From Octopus sinensis (Eukaryota), in the NCBI RefSeq assembly GCF_006345805.1, contig NC_042997.1, forward strand, positions 115,878,001-115,942,000: a stretch of DNA of 64,000 nt, read 5' to 3'. Made by a program: the position numbers and the translations under genes. The notes under the pieces were generated by a model. It was not told the origin of the DNA. It made no database searches and was given only the letters and a program-made list of their open reading frames with translations. Positions 51,019 through 64,000 of the stretch are shown here, piece by piece (the stretch's first letter is position 1; every line of letters starts with the position of its first letter).

Positions 51019-51740
51019 TACGAGGTCTGATTAATAAGTATCCGGGCTATTGCCATAGTAACAAAGCTAAACGCACACAGAGTGAAGCTGATTGGCACAG
51101 ATTGACCTTGATCTCTGCACCAAGTTTTAACGTTCTACCTCACTTCTGCTGTTTACAGCAGTGCTTGGAAGGAAAGTGTGTAGCGTGTGATCGTCGCATT
51201 GACCATGACAGAGAAAGTTGTCATGGCGACCCGAGAGATCCGCAACCAGCAGAACAGAGAAAAACATCGCAGATGTACGTACAACTGTGAGAAGAAATCG
51301 TCAGATCACCATCCATGAGTTATCAGAAAATGTGAAGATTACGGTTCACTTCAGTCCATTATCACTGAAGATTATGAGGTGCGCGTCTGCCAGGTTCGTG
51401 CCTAAACTGCTTTTAGCTGACCAAAAAGACACTCGGGTTTCAGTTTCACAAGATCTTGATTGTGATGAAAATTTTTTGAAAAATTTGCGCAGGCCTCTGA
51501 GCAGGTATCGCCAAGATTTTGGCAAAATTTGATACGGATTTTCTGCCCAACTTTCTCTGTCAACATCAATGCGACCATCTCACGCCACACCTTCTTTCCA
51601 AGCACTGCTGTAAACAACGGAAGTGAGCTAGAACATTAAAAATTTGTGCACATGCACAGCAGAATTCAAGGTCAATCTGTGCCAAGCGGCTTCCCTTTTG
51701 TGTGCTTTAGCTTCGTTACTACAGCGACTGGGCGCTATAC
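51019..51740. mobile_element. Two convergent mariner 5' fragments forming a long inverted repeat
   Basis: The + strand starts TA-cgaggtctgattaataagtatcc and encodes RSATSRTEKNIADVR..RFVPKLL. The - strand encodes LTEKVGQKIRIKFCQNLGDTCSE. About 170 bp of 5' sequence is shared in inverted orientation. Confidence 0.82.
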
Positions 51741-52309
51741 AGCAACAGCAGTGATCTAAAGAATTCTTTACATGATGGAATTGGTACGTAGTAATTGTGG
51801 CACTCTTAAATAATTAACAGATGTGAAGTGTAATAATTAGTAACTGACCATAATTAGTGACTGACCCTCACTGTCGAGCCGCCATGCATATGCAGTGATT
51901 GGCTATCACTATCACCATCTGGAGAATGTTGTGGTTTAAGATCTAAAGTTTAAGAGCTGAAGAAAGTTTAGTGCCTGACAGCCTTTTCTTTGAAAGCTAC
52001 AAATAAGTATGTAACGGTGTCTGTTAGTACCTCTTAGTTAACACAGCATATCTTAGCATACCAATGAAAACATCTTTTCTTGTGGACAAAACCACACCAT
52101 TGTACCTATCAGCTCATGCTAATTATGACACACAGATGGTTCCTTTAATTTAATACTGTTTTAATTGCATATATTAAATTTCATTTAATTGCATATATCG
52201 AATTTCATTCAGCTCGACGGCTATCTGCAATATTAGAGAATGCATTATTCATTGTTCCCTTTATATCGGAATGAACAGTTGTCGTCTAGGCATGGGGCTA
52301 ACAAGTACG

Positions 52310-52350
52310 CGTCATTGACGATGCTCAAAAGAGCTGAAACGCGTCTGACG
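52310..52350 (+). ncRNA. Degenerate minimal hammerhead (C3U)
   Basis: cguca UUGACGA u gcuc-aaaa-gagc u GAAA cgcg UC| ugacg: perfect 5-bp stem I and ACGCGU palindrome. Confidence 0.55.
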
Positions 52351-53892
52351 TTCTCTTGGCTTACTGCAGGGAGACGTTCGTCTCATTCCTATATTGCTTT
52401 TTTTAATACAGCATGTCTATGAAATGATTTTCTCTTAGACAAAAACCATACCACCATGCCTTGTCAAATGGTGCTAACATTTTGCCTGTCGAAAGCATTC
52501 TCATGTGTTTGTCGTTGCTTGTTTTCAGACTTTTAGTTTTAACCCTTCTTTCATACGTTCTGAGTCATATATATCTTTCTTTGCACAATTTCCAAGTTAC
52601 TCTTGTGGGTGAAAAATATTATGGATCTGCATCATATATGATGCATGGATGTCAGGGAAATATCTCTTGTGTATCACATGCGATGCACTGGACAAGCAAA
52701 GGGTGAAGTATATTACACGGGAGTGGCTTTGCTAATAAATAGTGATAATGCAGACACGGTTGCATATATAAAGATAGCTTAGCTACCTCGTAATTTCGAA
52801 TTTAATCCCACTCTACAACTCGTGTAGAGTGGTTAGGGTGTTGGACTCGTGATCGTAAGACTGTGGTTTCGATTCCTGGACCAGGCGACGCGCTGTGTTC
52901 TTCACAAGGCACTTCATCTCACATTGCTCCAGTCCACTCGTCTGGCAAAAATGAGTAATCCTGCGACGGACCGGCGTCCCATCCAGGTGGAAAATACATA
53001 CGCCATGGAAACCGGGAAAACTGGCCCCAGCGAGACTATATGACACGGCAAGGATCTTTATCCTATCCTATCTATTATCCTGCATCTCCCTGGACTAGTT
53101 TATCTACCAAAGCCTCAGGCCAAGCAGAACTTTTGTATATGAGAGTTGATGGAGAGAGAGAGAGAGTGAAAGTGTGCAAAGGTTTGTCTAAAAGACTATT
53201 CGTGTTCAGCGGTGTTAGTCATAACCTGTCGCCAGTTTTAATATTACCAGCTGGTCTTTTGATGCTTTTAACAGAGTTCATACTGTTACAAGTATTCGGT
53301 AGGGTATCTAATCTGGTCGAAGAATGATTTCGTTCTTGCTTCCCGCAAGTTTTATGGATCCTAAAAATGCTACAATTTCTGTACTTGCATTTTCTAACCG
53401 AATCATTTAAACAATGACCATCAGATGTCCTCTTCACGAAAAAAGCCATTATTTCCTAGTGATTCTTTCAGTAAACTTACCAATCGTTTACTGTTAAGAA
53501 CATTAAGGATTTTGGAAAACACAAGAGATGTTTTGGGAGTTGAAAGTCAAAATCTGTTGATGTCATGTATCGAGTTTATCATTTATATATACATGTATAT
53601 ATATATTTATAAGTATATTTGTTATCGCTAGCGTACATACCCACATATACATGCCACCCCAATCGCTCAAACACACACATCTTTATTACTGGTGTCAAGC
53701 ATTTCATAAATGAAAGCTGTCTAAATATTGAAACTCATTAATCAGTCTTAATTGCCCTAATATCATTCAAATTTATATTTATAATTATATATGAAAGAAC
53801 GCCCATACAAACAGAGACACACTCGCGCGTGCGCGCTGTATATGCGTGTGTAGAAATAAATACATAATTGGATTAACACATAAATATGGCAC

Positions 53893-54275
53893 AAAAGTGG
53901 CTGTAAGGTAAGAAGCTTGCTTCCCAACCACATGGTTCCTGGTTCAGTCCCACTTGGGCAGTCTTTTTACTATAGCCTGGAGCCGACCAAAGCCTTGTGA
54001 GTGGATTTGATATATGGAAGCTGAAAGAAGCCCGTCGTATATATATATATGAGTGTGTGTGTGTGTGTGTGTGTATTTGTGTCTATGTTTGTTCCCACCC
54101 CACTATTGCTTAACTACCGATGTTGACATGTTTACGTATCCATAACTTAACGGTTCGGCAAAAGAGACTGATAGAATAAGTACTAGGCTTATATACAATA
54201 TGTGCTGGGGTCGATTTGTTCGACTAAAGGCAGTGCTCCAGCATGGCCGCAGTCAAATGACCGAAACAAGTACAA
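53893..54275 (+). mobile_element. SINE C, full length
   Basis: Family consensus. Confidence 0.88.
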
Positions 54276-54402
54276 GGAAATAAAAGAAATACATACACGA
54301 GTGAGCACATAAATGCAAAACAAGTTGGAAAAAATAATACTCGAATACCGAAGATAGAGCAATGTGTTTTTGTATTTAATATATATATATATATATAAAG
54401 AA

Positions 54403-54597
54403 AATGGAACAAGAACTTAACAGGCGACAACAAAACGTTCGGACATTTAGACGATACAAAGAAGGACACAAAACACAAGGACGGGGCGTTCGGAGCCTTC
54501 TATCGTCAGTCCAGTTCCAGATAGTCCCTGCAGCTTCGGCCGGTATCGTCTAACTGTCCGGATGTTTTGTTGTCGCCTGTTACGTTCTTGTTCCATT
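54403..54597. repeat. Foldback with ~55-bp inverted arms
   Basis: aatggaacaagaacttaacaggcgacaacaaaacgttcggacatttagacgatac is mirrored at 54543-54597. Confidence 0.85.
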
Positions 54598-54599
54598 AT

Positions 54600-55670
<1,071 letters not shown>

Positions 55671-56495
55671 ATTGCGGCACTCAGGTTTTCAGGTTAGCCC
55701 GAGTATAAATCTAGTAAAGTGAACGTGCATTTGCAGGCTGATTTAATTTCTGCCAACACTGCCTTCAAGTATGTAATTGTAGCCATTAACTCTGGTTCCT
55801 TTTATCGAGCCTGGTCGCAGCCCATCTATTTTCGGTAAGCATCTTACAGTCGTCTTAGAGGTGACCTATGTCAAAAAATATCATTCGTAGTAGACGTTCT
55901 CTCGACGTCGTTTACATGCGCTTGACTCGGGCTCATAATTTACCGCTCGAGTTATTATCTATAATCGTAAAAATTAAAAGTAATTCAATTTCAATGTTTT
56001 CTTGAAAATAATAAATTTCTATAGAGATTAGGATTTAAATACCAATCTATGAAAAGTTTCCGTTCTACGATATTCTTAAAAGAACGAAAAATTATCCAAT
56101 AACACGGGTTAGTAACTGCCATTTCTTGTCAAGAGTACAAGCAACAGTCAGAATCGGTGATGTTTGTTGTGCACTCCGCTGTCATTATTTGATACTGTTA
56201 TTCTGTACGTCTGTGTAGTGTTTTGTAGTGTTTTGCAGGGTTGCTTTATTTTTATCCTTAACTTAGAAATGGATATAAAAAAAAATAAGTCATTTGGGGC
56301 TAGAAATAAAGCGAAAAACGTGAAATTCTTTGAGCAGACATGCGAAATCAGTGATGAACCCGAGTGTCGCTGATGACTTGGAGTCGGCCCTTATTATATA
56401 TATATAATATATATATACATACAAAGAGAGAGCCGAGAGAGGAGAGAGAGAGAGAGAGAGAGAAAGAGGGGAGAGACCAAATGGTATGTACGCCG

Positions 56496-56549
<54 letters not shown>

Positions 56550-56907
56550 AATATTATATAAATTCCGTTCTGCCTGTCTGTGTGTGTGTCTTCTAGGATC
56601 TCGGCATCCTCCCTCCGATTGCGCTCAAATTTGATATGTAGATACCGACGGTATCAGGGCGTGTATAAGTTTGAAAAAATTACAATAATCGATTCCAGGT
56701 GAGAATGCGATCGATAAAGCTGTGGAAACGTGCATTTGTACCCGCAAGTACATCAGCTGTTGCGATCGATACTACGCGTACCCGAGAAAAATGCACGTGC
56801 AGTTTACGCAAAAAAAAGCCGGCTGGCTTGAAATAATGCCACAAAATGGGACGGTCGGACAATTTGGACGTGGGTGGGGGCGTTTTGCTCGTGCATATAT
56901 ATATATA

Positions 56908-57112
56908 TATTACGGAGGTGTACTTCACAGCAAGCGACCTGATCTGAGATCGTGTGCTGAAACAAAAGCAATTGCACAGCAGAGGGTGTTTATAAGCCAT
57001 TTAAGAAACACACAGAAACCGCTAGATTCACTTCAACGTTTAAATGTAATTTATCAAAATATTTTCGTCGCTTTGAAACTGCGATCTCTTCACTGACAAA
57101 ATTCCGTGCTGC
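56908..57112. mobile_element. Single copy of the 19717 repeat family
   Basis: tattacggaggtgtac..gatctgagatcgtgtgctg..ttcgtcgctttga..ttcactgacaaa. Confidence 0.8.
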
Positions 57113-57115
57113 ATA

Positions 57116-57198
<83 letters not shown>

Positions 57199-57754
57199 AT
57201 ATATATTATGTGTGTGTGTGTGTGTGATATGTATATATATTATATATATATATAATATATATATATATTATATATATATATAATAATATAATATATATAT
57301 AATGCATATAAGCACGTAAACGCGAGAGACAAGGTAAGAAAAATAGTACTCGAATGCCAAAAGTAGGGTATAATGCTTTTTTAAAAAGCAGCAAAATATT
57401 CTAAGCAAAACAGCCCGACGGACGAGAACGTGAGTAACAGTTTTTGTGATATTTTTGCTGCTTGAGCGTTTTGTATCTAATTCTGGAAATTATGTTTCGT
57501 AAACGACAGACTATGCTGATGATCTTGCAGATATTTGCGTGTTCATATACGTAAACATTCACTTTTTTGCTGAGATTTTTCTTGAGAACACTTTCTTCGT
57601 GGTAATGGTGATTTGACGTCTATGTTTAGCATATAGGCTGTCCACTTTTAGTGGTCAGTCCTCTAAATTTTGTATGTAACATAATTTTTTAAACTTCGGA
57701 TTTTTTAAAATATGCTAAGCCACTGGTTTTAATTGAGTAATGTCAATTTCTACC

Positions 57755-57808
<54 letters not shown>

Positions 57809-57809
57809 T

Positions 57810-58095
57810 ACGGAGATGTACTCGCATAGCAAGTGATTTGATCTGAGATCGTGTGCTGGAACGAAAACAATTGCAGCGTGGAAGGTGTTTGTAAGCAATT
57901 TAAGAAACACACAAAAGCCGTTCGATTCACTTCAACATTTAAGTTTAATTTGTCAGATGCAGCACGGATTTTTGTCAGTGAACGTCGCGGATTTTAGCGA
58001 CGAAAAATTTTGACAAATTAAACTTAAATGTTGAAGTGATCGAACGGCTTTTGTGTGTTTCTTAAATGACTTACAAACACCTTCCACGCTGCTAT
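57810..58095. mobile_element. Inverted pair of the 19717 repeat family
   Basis: Arms at about 57870-57955 and 58010-58092 are reverse complements. Confidence 0.8.
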
Positions 58096-58107
58096 TGTTT
58101 ATATATA

Positions 58108-58159
<52 letters not shown>

Positions 58160-58509
58160 TAGCTCAACCTGAAGTTATAGAAAATGGCACTCGGGAACGA
58201 ACCTAGTACTTCGTGGTTGCGAAATGAACTTCTTAACCCCCTCACCCCATGTAAGACATTGTAAACAATGTATACAGAATACCATAGGAATAATACGTAG
58301 GAATAATACGTGTGTGTGTGTGTGTGTGTGTACTTGTTTATATATGACGGTCAAAATGAACGTACATTGTAGATGTGTAAGCGCATTGTTTGTCATACCG
58401 CCGTTCTCTCCTTCCTCCAAATAAACGTTAGTAGTATGTGAGAATATGTCGGAATGCGGAAGGAATCTTTAAATACTTGTGTAACAGAATAACTTAACAT
58501 TATATAACG

Positions 58510-58910
58510 ATGTACTGAGTGCAGCCTAATGTACTAACTGCAACTTAATAATATAGTGTCAGTAATTTTATGAAGCGGTTTATGAAAGTTGTTTAATGAT
58601 GCAACTGTAGCTTTGATGTTCCGACCGAATGCATTTTAATGGACTAACTACAGCTTAATGGACTCTTTGGGCACTGATGAACACTTTGGCTTTTATAGCT
58701 CGTACTGGTTCCAGTTTAATGAGCAAACTATATTTTAATGAACTGGCTGCCTTTTAATAGACTAATCGCAGACGAACGAGTGTACTGACCGTTACTTTAA
58801 TGGACTGACGGTAGATTCACAGGCTGCCTGGCTGGACTGGCCACATTTTAATTGACTAACTGCAGATTAATATATTGACTTCAGCTTAATGAGTTGATTG
58901 TAGCTCAGGA
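58510..58910. repeat. Degenerate ~19-bp minisatellite (consensus about TTAATGGACTAACTGCAGC)
   Basis: Recurrent ttaatggactaactacagc / tttaattgactaactgcaga / ttaatgagttgattgtagc units. Confidence 0.7.
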
Positions 58911-59261
58911 CTGTTTTTTCATAGAGAGTACGAGTCTCTTGGGATGGTTTGTAAATATGAAAATGGGGTGTCAAAAATGCCATGCCATTTTGCTTAGCAT
59001 GCTTATTGTAATTTGTCTAATAATCCATCACGCTCCAAAGGTCCCTGAATAAGGGTTGTTTAAGGATGTGAACAAAACACCCATGTTTCCAGAGGTGAAT
59101 TACCAAAAGTCCAAAGAATTCCTCTCAATACATGGCTATGATGCTCCCCCACTATTTCTGCTCGTGATCAGAGATGCACGTATCGTCAGCCACTAAGGTA
59201 CATGCTCAACTGGTTAAGCAAACTGACAAGCAAATCTGTTGTATTGAGCAGAATATTTGCT

Positions 59262-59512
59262 TATTGTTGTTGTTCTAACTCTGAGATGTACTACGGTATC
59301 AGCTGTTCACTACCAGTGAACTAAGGTAACACCTCTTATTTTTCGAGCACCTTCCGGAGAATTCGAGCGGTTCCAAGCAGTGCTGTTTTCTGCAAGTGCT
59401 CCACCCTTATTGCAGCCCCTATTTGTTCCACGTACTCCTCGAGATTTTTGCTCACTGTTCCTAAGGCTCCGACAATTATGGGTACTACTGCTACCTTTTT
59501 CATCGACCACAA
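59262..59512 (-). mobile_element. R4/Dong-like (restriction-like endonuclease) LINE C-terminal fragment
   Basis: Minus strand translates WSMKKVAVVPIIVGALGTVSKNLEEYVEQIG..LQKTALLGTARILRKVLEK*, then a short UTR and an (AAC)n-like tail. Confidence 0.8.
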
Positions 59513-59558
59513 ATGCTTAACTTCCCAAGCTAACCTGTCATATCTCTCGACTTTTCTA

Positions 59559-59599
<41 letters not shown>

Positions 59600-59629
59600 T
59601 ATTATTATTATTATTATATTTATATCTTT

Positions 59630-60016
59630 GAGGCAGCGAGCTGGCAGAATCGTTAGCACGCCGGACGAAACGCTCAGCAGTATTTCGTCTGTCGCTACAT
59701 TCTGAGTTCAAATTCCGCCGAGGTCCACTTTGCCTTTCATCATTTTCGGGGTCGATTAAATAAGTACCAGTTACGCACTAGGGTCGATGTAATCGACTTA
59801 ATCTGTTTGTCCTTGTTTGTCCTCTCTTGTAGGTCGTAAAGAAATAGGTATTTCTCCCATCGCTGTGTTCTGAGTTCAAATTCCGCGGAGTTCGACTTTG
59901 CCTTTCATCCTTTCGGGGTCGATAAATTAAGTACCAGTCATGTACTGGGGTCGATGTGATCGACCTACCCGGCTCTCCACAAATTTCGGGCCTCGTGCCT
60001 ATAGTAGAAAGGATTA
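59630..60016 (+). mobile_element. SINE A composite (dimer)
   Basis: Same layout as 43242-43638. Confidence 0.88.
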
Positions 60017-60483
60017 TAATTATTAATATGTTTATTTTTATTATTTGTAAATTACACTTTTCTTTCTGCATCGCCATTTCTGCCTGTTTAGTTATTTCCA
60101 CGCCCCCCACAAGCCCGTCTACAGACCTGGTTCTGTCTGGAGACTGTAAAGACAATTTCACGCTCAAACGGCGAGGAGGCTGTTTCAAACATAGCAATGT
60201 GCAGTTGACACGTTCGGCAACTTGACATAGATGTCTGTTTTTATATGATGTCAAACGTAACTTTTCTGTCGTGGTCTACTTAAACAAAAGTAAATCATTA
60301 AATGACAATAATTAAAAAGTAAATATCCGAATGAACTTAAAACTCTGTGACGTGAACCTTACAAATAGAAAATTTCGTTTCAATTTATTTAAATATTTCG
60401 GCATTTCAATAATTAAGTCCTGCTATATTTGATATGGAGACAAATTAATTGGAATCACATTAAATATATTATATATATTCACT

Positions 60484-60541
<58 letters not shown>

Positions 60542-60544
60542 TGT

Positions 60545-61330
60545 ATCATATGTCATTATTCAGTTTGTTTCATGATTTCTTGCCAATAGAGAAAGAACCG
60601 GTTTCTAACCTAGATTCAAGGTTCCTTCATTGGAATTTCAACATCAACAAAAGGGTACTTTGTATGTATGCATGTATGTATGTATGTATGTATGTATGTA
60701 TGTATGTATGTATGTATGTACACACACACATACACATACATATTACATATGTGTATATGTATATCAGTATATATATGTATGATATACACACACACATATA
60801 CACACGAGACTTAGTGGTTAGGGTATGTATGTATACATGTATGTATGTACACACGTATGTATGTATGTGTATGCATGTATGTGTATGCTTATGTATGTAT
60901 GTATGTATGTATGTATGTATATGTGCAGATTTGTATTTTCTGCTTTATGTATGTATTCTCATGCATATAGTTGTATAGTGTACACATGCTCATATATATT
61001 TAAATGATAAACTACTGGAAAGTTTTACAAAATTTTACAGTTCCAGTCATGGACTGGATCGGTAGTCTTCGAATTAACTTTCTCCTTTCTGGTTTTGAGA
61101 AGCCTAATTTTTTCAAATTTGGTATTTAGGCAGTGTGTTACATATCCCAGCCGATTCCCAGAGCCCTTCTAATTGCAGGTATCAACCTGAACTTGTAATC
61201 TGGATAGAATAACTGCAGCATTTTCAGTAGTTCAGCATAGGTGTTCTCTTTTTCTCCGATCTTCAGCTTTATCTTAACATCCACTGGGCAGTTAATTTCC
61301 ACAACCTTGCACAGTTTCTCTTCCCTATCC
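60545..61330 (-). mobile_element. Second R4-like RLE LINE 3' fragment with microsatellite-containing 3' region
   Basis: DREEKLCKVVEINCPVDVKIKLKIGEKENTYAELL..YPDYKFRLIP..RALG..KLGFSKPERRKLIRRL matches the RLE domain layout (D..VVE..CP.D..EK..Y). Inclusion of 60545-61010 as UTR is less certain. Confidence 0.72.
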
Positions 61331-61398
61331 AATATTTATGTATGTATGTATATATGTAATGAATGTATGGGTGTATATGTATATAATGTATACGTATG

Positions 61399-61473
<75 letters not shown>

Positions 61474-61656
61474 TACATATATATAATACATATATATATA
61501 TACATATTATATATTAACATATATATTATATACATATATATATATATATACATATATATATGCACAAGCATATATATATATATATACGATTATATATATT
61601 TATACACACACACATATATATGTAATGTGTATGTGTATGTATATATATATATTAGC

Positions 61657-61765
<109 letters not shown>

Positions 61766-62689
61766 GATGGATGGATAGATAAAACTTACTCGTTACCAAT
61801 TTTGCCCCTCCGCAAAAACCCAAATTATATTTTATTTGCTTTGAGGGAGCAACTGTTTTATTGAAGGGGTATCTTGTCGGTGAATTGATCGAAATACGAT
61901 GTAGAAAAACAGCCGACAACTGATGAAGGGTCGTTCGTTATGTTGATTGTCTTGTCTTCCAATTCTTTCTTTCGTTGTTGCAAAAAAAGTTCATATTCCA
62001 TGTATTCGTATCTCATGTTTTCGTTTTTGTTGTATATTGTTTATGTTCCATGACGTCCCGTGCCCACGTATGCATATGTATATATGTAAGTATGTACGTA
62101 TACGTATGTATACATGCATATATATATTAGTTATATTATTATATGTGTGTGTGTGCGTGTGTGTGTATTATATACGTTATTTTAAGTGCAAGGCGGAAAA
62201 ACATGGAATCAATGTGGAGGGGGGAAAATTATTTTCACAAAAATTTCGTTATTGCACAAAGACCAAATGAACTTAAAGAGGAACATATACACAAATAAGG
62301 GAGAGAGAGAGGGTGGGGGGAATATTCTTCCTCTATGAATATTTTGATGTTAACGAGACTTAATTTTCTCGCGTCAGTCTAAAGACGAATTGCTTAAGCT
62401 TCACAAGCTTTTAGTTATCTAGTTTGTGGAGTCCAAAGCACCAATTCTAAGTGTCTACACTATGGACATCTAGAATTGACTTTAAAATCCTATCCGATAA
62501 TCCAGTTTATCCCTGGTTTAAATATATTCCAATAGTGCCTATTTGCAATAATTCTTTCCAGTTTTCAATACAGGGCCCGTTTTCGGCACGGTCAGTTTTC
62601 ACCAGTTTTCGGCACAGTGCCAGTTTTCAACACAGGGCCTAACACAGGACTAGTTTTCGGCACGAGGCCAGTTTTCGATACAAGGGAGT

Positions 62690-63080
62690 ATCAATTACAT
62701 TGACCCCAGTGTCCAACTGGGACTTTATATTTTATTGTTCCCGAAACGATGAAATGCAAAGCTGACCTCGGCGGATTTTGAACTCAGGACCTAAAAGACG
62801 AAACGCTGCGAAGCATTTTTCTCAACGTGCTAAAGATTCTGCCAGCTTGCGACCTCATAAATACATAATAATTTTGCCATAAGACCATTAATTGCGGTGG
62901 TGGAGTAAGTCTATTTCATCGATCCCAGTACTCAACTGGTACCTATTTCCTCGACTCCGAAAGGATGAAAGGCAAAGTCGACATCGGCAGAATTTGAACT
63001 TAGAACTTAAAGACGGATGAAAAGCCGCTAAAGCACTTTGTCCGGCATGCTAATCATATTCTACCTCCTCGCTGCCTTAC
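62690..63080 (-). mobile_element. Two tandem degenerate SINE A copies
   Basis: Core aaaggcaaagtcgac..cggcagaatttgaact seen twice on the minus strand. Confidence 0.78.
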
Positions 63081-63739
63081 AAGTATAACTGAAATATTAT
63101 TGCGATAAAGAAGTAGCTTGTACTAACTTGACTTCCATGTCGCGTTTACTGTAAACCTGTTTTTACAGCATTTCTTTCTAAACCATCAAATTGTTTCTTA
63201 ACAACTTCTCCGCCTCGAAAAAGAGAGAAAAACAACATAATTCTTTGGGGGGTAAGGAGAGATAAAAAGCCATCAATTTGACGGCTCCTCCAGTTGTCTG
63301 CACTGTTTTAACTACACGTGGTAACGGATCGGATCTGAGGAGGCAATCTTTATACTTGCAAGGAGGTCTAATTAAGGATGTCATTTTACGATAGAGGTTA
63401 ACGTTAGAAGAACTCTTGTTGGGGTTTAAGAGAGTGTATATAAAATGTGTATAGGAAAATGTGGCTGACCACATTTGGTGCAAGATTATGTCGTCTTCAA
63501 ACCGATAAAAGGTCGAATGAGCGAGAGGAACAAAGAATAAGGGTGTGGGGGTTAGGGAAGGGGGTTGTTTCAGGAAATAAATCCGCCATTGTGTATCTTA
63601 CTAACGAAGAATCTGTGATGTTAACCAGATATACACATTAAAGCTTCTGGCTATCTGAAAGACATGTATGTAATTTAATGTACGTACGTATGGATGCATG
63701 CATATACACACACATATAGATATGCATGTATATAAATAA

Positions 63740-63772
<33 letters not shown>

Positions 63773-64000
63773 TATAAATACATATATACATATATCTACA
63801 TATATATATATGTGTGTACACAGACACGCGCGTACACATACATATGTAGCTATACATACACGCATGCGCACACTCGCACACTCACACCGCCATCCCCTAC
63901 CTCTCAGCGATATATCACCTCTTTATTATCTCCATTTCCGAAGTATTTGCGGTGAACCCCATCTTATTTCTCATCTAAATATGAAGTGCTTCGTACTTTT

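Noticed and set aside
58510-58910. CRISPR array
   Set aside because: Units are contiguous and degenerate with no unique spacers, there are no cas genes, and the context is eukaryotic.

Overview
AT-rich, microsatellite-saturated animal genomic DNA. The repeat families resemble those I recall from octopus (coleoid cephalopod), which is an inference and not a database match. The only supportable host coding sequence is one 346-bp internal exon (42326-42671, +) encoding the N-terminal region and first residues of a T-box domain, most similar to Tbx1/10. It ends at the conserved phase-2 intron in 'KAGR|RMFP', and the next exon is not in the window. The rest is several tRNA-derived SINE families, truncated LINEs (CR1-like, two RTE, two R4/Dong-like), Tc1/mariner remnants, a Tigger-like MITE, non-autonomous Helitrons, foldbacks, two tandem duplications and large (TA/CA/TAGA/TAT)n arrays. 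Most supplied ORFs are microsatellite artefacts. The main unexpected signal is a dense set of minimal type-I hammerhead ribozyme motifs with palindromic stem III (the Penelope/retrozyme type), from several unrelated repeat families. These include a tRNA-headed SINE ending in a hammerhead, and a multi-copy family whose core reads GUGAACA instead of CUGANGA, a compensatory G3-C8 swap that standard motif searches would miss. All folds were made by eye and none has been tested. Repeat boundaries are approximate.
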